Shown one piece after another: positions 26,903 through 34,650 of a stretch of 64,000 nt of DNA. The position numbers were made by a program, and so were the translations under genes. The stretch lies in contig JADZFF010000033.1 in the NCBI GenBank assembly GCA_020850015.1, positions 50 to 64,049 on the forward strand, written 5' to 3'. Under the pieces are notes generated by a model, which saw only the letters and a list, made by a program, of their open reading frames with translations, did not search any database and had not been told where the DNA came from. Position 1 is the first letter of the stretch. Every line of letters starts with the position of its first letter. This stretch comes from Bdellovibrionales bacterium (lineage in GTDB: Bacteria; Bdellovibrionota; UBA1018; JADZFF01).

Positions 26903-27724
26903 GTGAACCCCGCCTCCGCTCCCATCGGCGTTTTCGACTCCGGCCTCGGCGGCCTGACAGTGCTCAAGGCGCTCCTCGACCGTCTTCCGGACGAGCGCTT
27001 CGTCTACGTGGGCGACACCGCGCGTCTGCCCTACGGCACGAAGTCGCGCTCCACGATCCGGCGCTACCTCCAGCAGAACGTGGAGTTCCTGCTCAAGAGA
27101 GGGGTGAAGGCGATCGTGGTCGCCTGCAATTCAGCGTCCTCCGCCCTGGAGCCGGGCGACTCCTGGAGCGTGCCCCTCTACGAGGTCATCGGCCCAGGCT
27201 CGCGATCCGCGCTCGCGGTCACGAAGAACCGGAGGGTAGCGGTGCTCGCCACGCGCGCGACGGTGGCGGGTGGAGCGTACCCAAGCAAGCTGCAGGAGCT
27301 GTCTCCGGGCCTGACGGTATTCCAGGAGGCCTGCCCGCTGCTCGTGCCCATCGTGGAAGAGGGCATGGAGGCTGATCCTCTTGCGCGCGAGCTCGTGAGG
27401 CGCCACTCCAGCGTGGTCGTGGACCAGGCCGCCGACACGGTGATCCTGGGCTGCACGCATTACCCAGTGCTCGGGGAGGTTTTCCGCCGCATGCTCGGCG
27501 ACGCCGTGACGATCGTGGATTCCTCTCGGACGCTCGCGGATGAGCTACAGGGCGATTTGCGCTCGGGTCGGGTCGCAGCGGCCGCGGACGGCCGGGTTGG
27601 GGCGGGCGCGAGCCCCCGGGTGGAGCTGCTGGTCACGGACCTCGGCCCCAGGGCGGACGAACTTGCCGCTCGTTTTTTGGCGCCCCACGGCGCCGAGCCT
27701 GCCCGCCTCGTGGACTTGGGCTAG
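26903..27724 (+). CDS. murI: Glutamate racemase
   Basis: IGVFDSGLGGLTV, VVACNSAS and LGCTHYP motifs. The GTG at 26903, 8 nt after the PLD4 stop, gives a typical 273-aa length. Confidence 0.93.
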   Translation: MNPASAPIGVFDSGLGGLTVLKALLDRLPDERFVYVGDTARLPYGTKSRSTIRRYLQQNVEFLLKRGVKAIVVACNSASSALEPGDSWSVPLYEVIGPGSRSALAVTKNRRVAVLATRATVAGGAYPSKLQELSPGLTVFQEACPLLVPIVEEGMEADPLARELVRRHSSVVVDQAADTVILGCTHYPVLGEVFRRMLGDAVTIVDSSRTLADELQGDLRSGRVAAAADGRVGAGASPRVELLVTDLGPRADELAARFLAPHGAEPARLVDLG

Positions 27725-27746
27725 ACCCGGCCCTATTCTAAAAGGG

Positions 27747-28310
27747 ATGCTGCAAGGCTGTGTTTTCTTACGCCTGCTCGCGGCCCTGGCGGTGGCGTTC
27801 GCTTGCGTGGCGCCCGCGGGTCCGGCCCTCGCCGCCGCGGGCAAGGGTTTCCTGGGGGTGCAGGGCGGGATCGCCATGCCCACCAATGCCAGCGCGGTCT
27901 TCGCCTTCGGTTTGAACGGCCTTTGGCAGAGATCGCCACGCTACGGCATCGGGGCCTTCCTGCTCATGTACGGCGCGCGCCTGGAAAGCAGCACCGAGGC
28001 GGGGCAGGTGATCTCGGATTACTCGGTGTCCCTCTGGGGCGTCGAGGCGAACTACTTTTTCGGGGGTGGGCTGCGCGGCGGCGCGAGGCTCGGAATCATG
28101 AACTCTTCTGGCGACTACAGCGCGAGCGACGCTTCCTCGGAGATCAACATCGCGGAGAACCAGGATCCGCTGTTCCTCATGCCGCTCGTGGCCTACGACT
28201 ACCGCTTCGGGAAGGTCTCGATCGGCGGCGAGATGGGCTACTTCCTGGGCATGGGCTCGGGCGCGCCGTCCGGGTTCCTCTTCATGATCGCGCCGAAGTT
28301 CTGGTTCTGA
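27747..28310 (+). CDS. Small outer-membrane beta-barrel protein (OmpA-like/OMP_b-brl type)
   Basis: Signal peptide MLQGCVFLRLLAALAVAFACVAPAGPALA, alternating beta-strand pattern, Gly/aromatic girdle residues, and a terminal ...APKFWF. Confidence 0.65.
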   Translation: MLQGCVFLRLLAALAVAFACVAPAGPALAAAGKGFLGVQGGIAMPTNASAVFAFGLNGLWQRSPRYGIGAFLLMYGARLESSTEAGQVISDYSVSLWGVEANYFFGGGLRGGARLGIMNSSGDYSASDASSEINIAENQDPLFLMPLVAYDYRFGKVSIGGEMGYFLGMGSGAPSGFLFMIAPKFWF

Positions 28311-28315
28311 GGGCG

Positions 28316-28516
28316 GGAGTCCTGGCGCTCTTGCTACCGGCTTCATCTCCCTAATCTCGCTTGGGGTCAGGCGGAACAGGCCTCCTGCCTTCGACGCGTC
28401 CCCTCGCCTGGGGGCTCGGGGCTCGCCGCGCCTTCGCGCGGCGGCCTTCCTGGCCGCAGTGTCCGCTGACCCCAAGCGAGATCAGGGAGCGCCGGCAGCA
28501 AGAGCGCCAGGACTCC
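28316..28516. repeat. Long imperfect inverted repeat (arms about 56-62 nt) in a convergent intergenic region
   Basis: The left arm starts ggagtcctggcgctcttgctaccggc...atctcgcttggggtcag at 28316. The right arm (28461-28516) is its reverse complement, with about 52 matched positions, two a/g substitutions and small indels. Confidence 0.8.
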
Positions 28517-28614
28517 AGCCGGCACCGAGAATTTCTCCCGGCTCTCGAGACCTCAGTGCGACGACCGTCCCACCTTACCCTTCATCCCTCCGGGAGACAG
28601 ATCCCGAGTCGCGC

Positions 28615-31470
28615 TCAGAGCCCGGTCACGGGCGCGAGCCATACGCCGCCCTGGCCGGCGCCGGCGTGGGTGAAGCTCAGGGCGCCGTCGTCCCAGTGGT
28701 CGTCGGCGGCGAGCCACTCGGCGGCGTGCGCGCGGAGGCTTCCCACGGGCCGAGGATCGAAGGCGAAAGGCGTGCGCGACCGGTAGAGCACGGTGAGATC
28801 CCAGCTCTCGGGGTAGCTCGTCACGCTGAGATAGTAGAATCCGTTGCGGCGGAACACGAAGGGCGACTCCGTGTGCCCGGAGTTGAACATCTGGGGGTGG
28901 TCGTTCAGCGTGAGCGCCATGCGGGGCTCGGACCAGCTCAGGCCGTCGCGCGACACACGCACGGCCACTCCGCTTCGGCGTCCGCTCACGGAGTCGCAGC
29001 GCGTGTAGTACATGGCCAGAACGTCGCCGAGTGGCAAGATCATCGGGTCGCGGGCCACGCAGAGGTCTTCGAAGAGAGGTGCCTCGGGCGCGCGCTCCCA
29101 GACCACCCCCCAGCCGGGGCCCTCGACGGGGCGGGAGACGGCGCGCTGCATGCGCGCGCGGTCGTTTCCGGCCGGGTGCCCACCGTGGAAGAACATCTCC
29201 ATCAGGCCGCCGCGCAGGATCACGTGCGGCGCCCAGAGATTCGTTTCGCCGTTCGCGGCGTCAGCGGAGAGCGCGATGCCGTTGGCATGAGTGGAGAGCC
29301 GGAAGGCGCCCGCGTTCCAGTTCGTCGGGTCGGCCGGGAGCTCGTCGGCCGCTGCGTGCACGAACTCCTTTTCGTCATAGGGCGTGAAGGGTTCCGCGCG
29401 GAAGATGCCGTAGAGGTGCCAGCGGCCGTCGGGGTCGCGCACCAGGCTGTGGTCGTTCACGTAGGTGCGGTAGGGGCGCGCGCCATCGGTGGGGAAGATC
29501 AACCGTCGCGCACCCGCGACCGGCTCGGGCAGCCCGGTGCTCGTTGAGTAGTAGGCGGCCTCGTAGCGGCCTTCGGAGAAGGGCGCGGGGCTCGCCGTGG
29601 CGTCCACCTGAAGGCGGAGGGTTCCGCCCTGGCAGTCGTCGGCTCTGAGCGTAAGCCACACGGCGTCTTCGGCACGCCTGCGGTGCGGGTTGGCGTAGGC
29701 CTCATGAAATCGGCCGAGCTCACGCCCGTGCACGCCAACGCGGATCACCGCTTCCTGGCCGCCTTCGCGGGCGTCGTACTCGCGGGTGAGCAGGAGCCCG
29801 TCGGCCGAGCCGCGCCCATCGGCGGCCTGCGGGCAGCGAAACGCGATCTCGCGCGAGTCGCGGCGCATGCGCGCGCGGAAAGGGGCGGGCTGTAGCCCCG
29901 CCTCGGCGTCCCAGGCCGACACTCGCTCCAGCGTGTCGGCGGGCGCGAAGGTGGCGCGCTCCAGGAGTTTCACGCGGTCTTCAAAGGTGTAGCCGAGCGC
30001 GAGCGTGCGCAGCCTGAGCGGCGAGTACGCGCCGTCCGGGCCGGGTTCGAAGCCGAAACGCAGGCCCCGGCGGCTCACGATCGGGTCCATGACGTGGTGG
30101 CGATAGAGCGAGTGCTCGTAGCGCGCGCGCGCCCAGCCGTCTTCTGGATCGTTCACCACGAAGCGCGGTTGGCCCGCGAGCGGGTTGCCGTGGGCGCCTA
30201 GGAAGTACCAGCCGCCGTTGTAGTAGTCCTCCGTGCCGGTGCCGAGCTGTACGGGGTAGCGCATGCCGTCCGTGCGGATCATCTCGTCGCCTTCGAGGTA
30301 GAGGCGGTCGCCGGGTTTTCCGTCGATGAGCTCCTGCACGAAGGAGAGCAGCTGTACGGGCTTTTCGGTCTCGGCGACCGGCAGGGTAGTGGCTTCGCCC
30401 GCGCCCTGCTGGTCGCGGTACTGCAGGAAGAGGCGCGCGCCCGTGTCGGGGAGCCGCTCCTCGCTGACCTGCGCTTCGAAGCGAAGCGCCGTCGGGAGGC
30501 CCTCGGTCGGCGTCGTGCGCGGAAGGTGCAGGAACACGAGCGCCTCGTCTCGCTGCAGGGGCAGAGGCGTGCGCGAATGCAAACGCGCCTCGGCCTCGTC
30601 GGCCGCGGTGAGGGCGCTCCGGTAGGTGGCCCAGCCGCGGTCGGCGCCGTGCCCTCCGCGGGTGCCGAGGCCGAAGAAGAACGAGGCCGGCACGGCTTTC
30701 GCCGCAAGGGTTTCGGCCGAGTCGCCCGAGCGCTCCACGGCCACCCAAAGTTCGGGCAGGCGCGAACCGCTTTCGAGATCCACCGAGAGGCGAGAGATCA
30801 GCGTCGGGCCCTGGGCCACGACGCGCGCCTCCTGAGCCGCGAGCGCGAGCGGGTAGCTCTGCGTTTCGGCGGTGGGCGTGGCTGCCACCCAGTCTTCCGC
30901 GAGGAAGCGCGTGAGCTCCTCGGCGGTGGGGCCGTGCGCGGCTCCGTCGCCTTCTCTGTAGGTGATCTGGAAGTAGTGGGGCGCGCCCTTGAAGAGCACC
31001 TTCGCCTCGCCCAAGTAGGGCACCGGGAGCTGGCTCAAGAACGCGCCCGAGCTCTCCTGCTGTCCCATCACGAGCGGCGAGCGCCAGCCCGCACGGCCTT
31101 CAAACAAGTCGAGCGGCTTGCCGCGGAACACGGTGATCCCGTCGGCGATGATCCAAAGCTCCTGATAGTCGGTGGGCACCTGCGTCTCGGCGTTCGCCGT
31201 CATCCAGAGGCGAAGGATCCGGCCCTCGCCCTTGCCGTGGAACAGCACGCGGTAGCCGTCTTCCATCGCAAAGCCGCCGCTCTGGTTGTCGCCGTTGCCG
31301 CCGCGCGGATCGTGCGAGGTGATCGAGCGCGTGATCCAGCCGGGTTGAAACTCCAGCGTCGTGCGGAGGATCGGGTCGAGCGCCTGGGCCTCCGAGGCGC
31401 CCAGAGTAGAAAGAAGGATGACGCAAAGCGCAACAAGCGGACGCCACACCAGGGAAATGCATGATGACAT
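28615..31470 (-). CDS. Secreted fusion protein: N-terminal DUF2961/GH172-like domain plus C-terminal GH43-like five-bladed beta-propeller
   Basis: The ATG at 31470 gives signal peptide MSSCISLVWRPLVALCVILLSTLGASEAQA. DUF2961 hallmarks are SHDPRGGNGDN and LEGDEMIR...GTGTEDYYNGGWYF. GH43-like blocks are VRDPDGRWHLYG, NLWAPHV, VARDPMIL and ESPFVFRRNGFYYL. Confidence 0.8.
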   Translation of the reverse strand: MSSCISLVWRPLVALCVILLSTLGASEAQALDPILRTTLEFQPGWITRSITSHDPRGGNGDNQSGGFAMEDGYRVLFHGKGEGRILRLWMTANAETQVPTDYQELWIIADGITVFRGKPLDLFEGRAGWRSPLVMGQQESSGAFLSQLPVPYLGEAKVLFKGAPHYFQITYREGDGAAHGPTAEELTRFLAEDWVAATPTAETQSYPLALAAQEARVVAQGPTLISRLSVDLESGSRLPELWVAVERSGDSAETLAAKAVPASFFFGLGTRGGHGADRGWATYRSALTAADEAEARLHSRTPLPLQRDEALVFLHLPRTTPTEGLPTALRFEAQVSEERLPDTGARLFLQYRDQQGAGEATTLPVAETEKPVQLLSFVQELIDGKPGDRLYLEGDEMIRTDGMRYPVQLGTGTEDYYNGGWYFLGAHGNPLAGQPRFVVNDPEDGWARARYEHSLYRHHVMDPIVSRRGLRFGFEPGPDGAYSPLRLRTLALGYTFEDRVKLLERATFAPADTLERVSAWDAEAGLQPAPFRARMRRDSREIAFRCPQAADGRGSADGLLLTREYDAREGGQEAVIRVGVHGRELGRFHEAYANPHRRRAEDAVWLTLRADDCQGGTLRLQVDATASPAPFSEGRYEAAYYSTSTGLPEPVAGARRLIFPTDGARPYRTYVNDHSLVRDPDGRWHLYGIFRAEPFTPYDEKEFVHAAADELPADPTNWNAGAFRLSTHANGIALSADAANGETNLWAPHVILRGGLMEMFFHGGHPAGNDRARMQRAVSRPVEGPGWGVVWERAPEAPLFEDLCVARDPMILPLGDVLAMYYTRCDSVSGRRSGVAVRVSRDGLSWSEPRMALTLNDHPQMFNSGHTESPFVFRRNGFYYLSVTSYPESWDLTVLYRSRTPFAFDPRPVGSLRAHAAEWLAADDHWDDGALSFTHAGAGQGGVWLAPVTGL

Positions 31471-31525
31471 GCCTCGGCTGTTAACCCAGGGACTCGAAGC
31501 TGAAAAGGCGCGCCGCCGGCGGGGC

Positions 31526-31591
31526 GTTACAATCTGTTTCAAATTGGCCTCAGATCCCCCCGTTTGACCTCGTTTTGAAACAATCTGTAAC
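31526..31591. promoter_or_regulatory. Pair of 18-bp inverted sites in the divergent promoter region (candidate operator)
   Basis: gttacaatctgtttcaaa (31526-31543) and tttgaaacaatctgtaac (31574-31591) match 15/18 as an inverted repeat. They are 30 bp apart, and the spacer contains tttgacc. Confidence 0.4.
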
Positions 31592-31622
31592 TCCCCTGGC
31601 GGTGATGTGATAGCCGCGGGCC

Positions 31623-32258
31623 ATGGGGATCCGGTGGCGAGCCTGGGTGGGAATCGTAGTGGCGGCGCTACTGGCCGCGGTGTCGACGCTGGGGGCGGAA
31701 GCGGCCCTCCCGCGCCTGCCGCTACCGCTCGTGAGGCAGGCCAATACCTGGAGCTGCGGTGCCGCAGCACTCATGAGCGTACTGATGTACTTCGTGAAGT
31801 TCGACGGCCCCGAGACCCGCCTTTATCCGGCGCTCGGCACGAACCCGGATGAGGGCACGCATCCGCTGAAGATCGTGGAGGGCGCTCGCCGCTACGGCTT
31901 GAGCGCCCAGCTTCGCCAAGGGCTGACGCTTGAAGACCTCGAGGCCGCCCTTCGCCGGGGCTCGGCCGTGATCCTCGACATCCAGGCCTGGACGGAAACT
32001 CCCGAGGTAGCCTGGGAAGAGCTCTGGGACGACGGCCATTACGTGGTGCTCGCGGGCATGGACGCCGGGAACGTGCACGTGATGGACCCCTCCGTGGCTG
32101 GGGGCTATGCCTACATCCCCCGCGATGAGCTGCCCCGGCGCTGGCACGACTACGAGGTCGTGAATGGCGAGAAGGTGGTCTACCGGAACATGGGGATCGA
32201 GATCCGGGGCCAAAGTCCGGCGCCCGCCTATCCCTTCCCCCCGATCCGGGTCAGGTAA
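31623..32258 (+). CDS. Secreted C39-like (papain-fold) cysteine peptidase domain protein
   Basis: Signal peptide, catalytic-Cys context QANTWSCGAAALMSVLMYF, and downstream DGHYVVLAGMD (His). Confidence 0.7.
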   Translation: MGIRWRAWVGIVVAALLAAVSTLGAEAALPRLPLPLVRQANTWSCGAAALMSVLMYFVKFDGPETRLYPALGTNPDEGTHPLKIVEGARRYGLSAQLRQGLTLEDLEAALRRGSAVILDIQAWTETPEVAWEELWDDGHYVVLAGMDAGNVHVMDPSVAGGYAYIPRDELPRRWHDYEVVNGEKVVYRNMGIEIRGQSPAPAYPFPPIRVR

Positions 32259-32275
32259 CACCGACCCGTCCTTAT

Positions 32276-32298
32276 TTGTTGACTTGTTGACTCAACAA
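32276..32298 (+). promoter_or_regulatory. Direct-plus-inverted TTGTTGAC repeat (candidate -35/operator) upstream of the DUF4157 lipoprotein gene
   Basis: ttgttgac ttgttgac tcaacaa. The last 15 nt form a perfect palindrome, ttgttga-c-tcaacaa. An AAGGAG Shine-Dalgarno and the ATG follow about 35 nt downstream. Confidence 0.4.
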
Positions 32299-32332
32299 TG
32301 AGAGAAGGGCCCTTCCAAAAGGAGCCCTCGCC

Positions 32333-33250
32333 ATGTCCGATTCCAGAAGTTTCTCCGTTCTTTCCTTCGGTTCCCTGCTGAGTCTTGTCACCCTCGGAGC
32401 GGCCTGCGTGGGCCCCGTGGGAGAGACCCCCTGGGAAATCACCGTCTCGGAGATCCAGAGTTTCGCGGAGGAAGTGGATGCCGAGGGCGACGTGGACGCG
32501 CTCGAGAACACCCAGGGCTTCCTGGACTCGGTCGCGGTAGAGCTCGACGATGCCGGGGGCCTCACGCCCGAGCGCTGCGCCACCCTCAGGGCACAATACA
32601 ATCCCACTGAGCTGTCGGTGAAGAAGAACGCCCATGTCGACGAGCGCAAGCGTCTCAATCGGGCGCGGCTCATGGTCCTGCTGGCTTCCCTTCCGAGCCT
32701 GCGCGATTTCGCCGCGGCCGTGCGCTCCCATGGATTCGGGAACTTCCAGGGCATCGCGGGGCTGAGCGCCGAGGAGCTGGAGCCCATGATCGTCTCCCTG
32801 GATGCGCAGATCGACGGTCTCGTGACCCGCGTTTCAGACTTCGGGATTTCGCGCGCCCCGGGCGCGGAGGAGGAGTTCGCCGCGGGTGGTGCCGGCACGC
32901 TCGCGCAGGCGCTGCTCGCCCACGAGGCTGCCCACGTGCTTCAGCAGCGCGGAGGCGGAGCCAGCCCCCAGGCCATTCAGCTTCCGCTCGACCAGGTGAT
33001 GGAGCTCGTTCGGCACGAGGAGGAGGTCGCCGCCGCCCTGAAGGCCTATTCCGGCAGCGTATCGAGCATCTTCACGCAGCTCGAGACCCTGTTCGCGACC
33101 GAGGAATCCTGCGCCTCGGCCCCCTCGGATCAGATCTCCACCCTGCGCGGGGCGCTCGACATGGCGAACCGCCGCTTCCAGACCTTGAGCAACGCCTCGA
33201 AGGCTCGCCACGACATCGCTCTGAACTCGATCCGCAACATGAAAGCCTGA
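32333..33250 (+). CDS. Lipoprotein with a DUF4157-type HExxH-QQ motif
   Basis: Lipobox LVTLGAAC after a hydrophobic leader. LLAHEAAHVLQQRGG matches the DUF4157 signature (HExxHVxQQ). Confidence 0.65.
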   Translation: MSDSRSFSVLSFGSLLSLVTLGAACVGPVGETPWEITVSEIQSFAEEVDAEGDVDALENTQGFLDSVAVELDDAGGLTPERCATLRAQYNPTELSVKKNAHVDERKRLNRARLMVLLASLPSLRDFAAAVRSHGFGNFQGIAGLSAEELEPMIVSLDAQIDGLVTRVSDFGISRAPGAEEEFAAGGAGTLAQALLAHEAAHVLQQRGGGASPQAIQLPLDQVMELVRHEEEVAAALKAYSGSVSSIFTQLETLFATEESCASAPSDQISTLRGALDMANRRFQTLSNASKARHDIALNSIRNMKA

Positions 33251-33256
33251 TCCCGC

Positions 33257-34429
33257 TCAGCGGCTCGCCAGGGGCGGGGCGGCGGGCTTCTCGAGCCTCA
33301 AGGCGTCGATTTCTTCGCCCTCTGCGGTGAAGGTGCGGGCCGCGAGACCTTCCGGCGCGGCGTCCACGTGGGTCACGGTGCGTTCCCGGAGCGAGACGGT
33401 GATGACGTCGCTCTTCGCGAGCTTCACGCCCATCACGCCGCCCGCGGGGCCGCCGTTGATGTAGTGCACGCCGTCCTTGTACCCGCGCTCGTAGAGGTGA
33501 ACGTGTCCGGAGAGCACCAGGTCCACGCCGTAGGCGCGGAAGTGGGGCTCGTAGTGGTCCCGGATGTCGATGTGCTCTTTCTTGGAGGCGAAGAGCGGAT
33601 GGTGCCCGATCGATCTGCTGTAGGGCGTGTGGTGGAAGCTCACGATCTTCCAGGGGGCCGTGGAGTCGGCCAGCGCGCGCGCGAGCCACTCGGCCTGGGT
33701 GTGCTTGAAGGAATCGTCGTCCTCGAAACAGGAGTTGATCACGAACACGTCCACCGGGCCCGTGCGCCACACGTAGTGCGCGCCCACCGCGGGAATGCCC
33801 ATGAAGCGTGAAAATAGCTTGTCGCCCCCCTGGCGGTATTCGTGGTTACCGATCGCGGCCACCGTCACGCGCGAGGCGCCGACGACGTCCATCGCGTCGA
33901 AGTACTTGAACCACTCGCTGAGCTTGCCGCCCGTCTGCACGATGTCTCCTCCGTGCAAGAGCGCCGCTCCCGGAAAGCGCGCGATCTCCGCCGCGAGCGC
34001 CTTCACGTGGTCGGGCCCCTGCTGCGTGTCGGTGATGAAAGAGAAGCGCACCGAGCCCTCGGGGTCGGGGCAGGGGAGAGGGTCGAGCGGGAGGTCCCAA
34101 CTCATGCCTGTGACTTTGTAGCTCACGCCGGAGCCCCAGCCGCAGGGGAAGGGAAGCACGGCCGCGCGGTAACCGGCGGTTTTCGTGGTGGGCAGGGTAG
34201 CGAACACGGCGCCGTCGCGCAGCAGCTCAAGAGTAGCCGCCCGGCCCGCTCCGTACTTCTTCTCCACGCTCTCCTGGTATTGCCAGCCGATGGCCACGCC
34301 GCGCCCACCGATCGAAACCGGGTAGGGGCGAATGGCGAAGACCGAGTCGTCGGCGGCCTCGCATCCCGTGAGCGCGGTGGCCACGCTGAGGGCGATCAGA
34401 GTGAGGGGGAAAAAGTGAGTATGGCGCAT
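33257..34429 (-). CDS. Lipoprotein metallophosphoesterase (purple-acid-phosphatase-like)
   Basis: Lipobox ALTGC. Motifs GGDIVQTGG, IGNHEY, SFHHTPYS and LSGHVHLYER. Confidence 0.85.
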   Translation of the reverse strand: MRHTHFFPLTLIALSVATALTGCEAADDSVFAIRPYPVSIGGRGVAIGWQYQESVEKKYGAGRAATLELLRDGAVFATLPTTKTAGYRAAVLPFPCGWGSGVSYKVTGMSWDLPLDPLPCPDPEGSVRFSFITDTQQGPDHVKALAAEIARFPGAALLHGGDIVQTGGKLSEWFKYFDAMDVVGASRVTVAAIGNHEYRQGGDKLFSRFMGIPAVGAHYVWRTGPVDVFVINSCFEDDDSFKHTQAEWLARALADSTAPWKIVSFHHTPYSRSIGHHPLFASKKEHIDIRDHYEPHFRAYGVDLVLSGHVHLYERGYKDGVHYINGGPAGGVMGVKLAKSDVITVSLRERTVTHVDAAPEGLAARTFTAEGEEIDALRLEKPAAPPLASR

Positions 34430-34650
34430 GGTCCTCTCCTTGGACTTCGGGTTTCGAAGGGCCTTTCGTCGGGAGCGGCGCGGCACCCCGAGAGGCAACA
34501 TTGGCCTCAGGGGAAGAATCTGCAGCCTGGGTCAGGGAGCGGTTTAGAGAGGGCGAGACGTTCGTAAGCGTTGGAAATATAACGTCAATATTCGGTCGAC
34601 GCCTAAGTGCAGCGCGCTGCGCTATAATTGAAGAGCAGGGGACGGGGCAA

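Noticed and set aside
28361-29547. Plus-strand ORFs (141 aa and 362 aa) starting inside the 28316-28516 inverted repeat
   Set aside because: Translations are Pro/Arg/Ala/Gly-rich. The longer one is antisense to the GH43-like domain. The region is better explained as non-coding inverted-repeat DNA.
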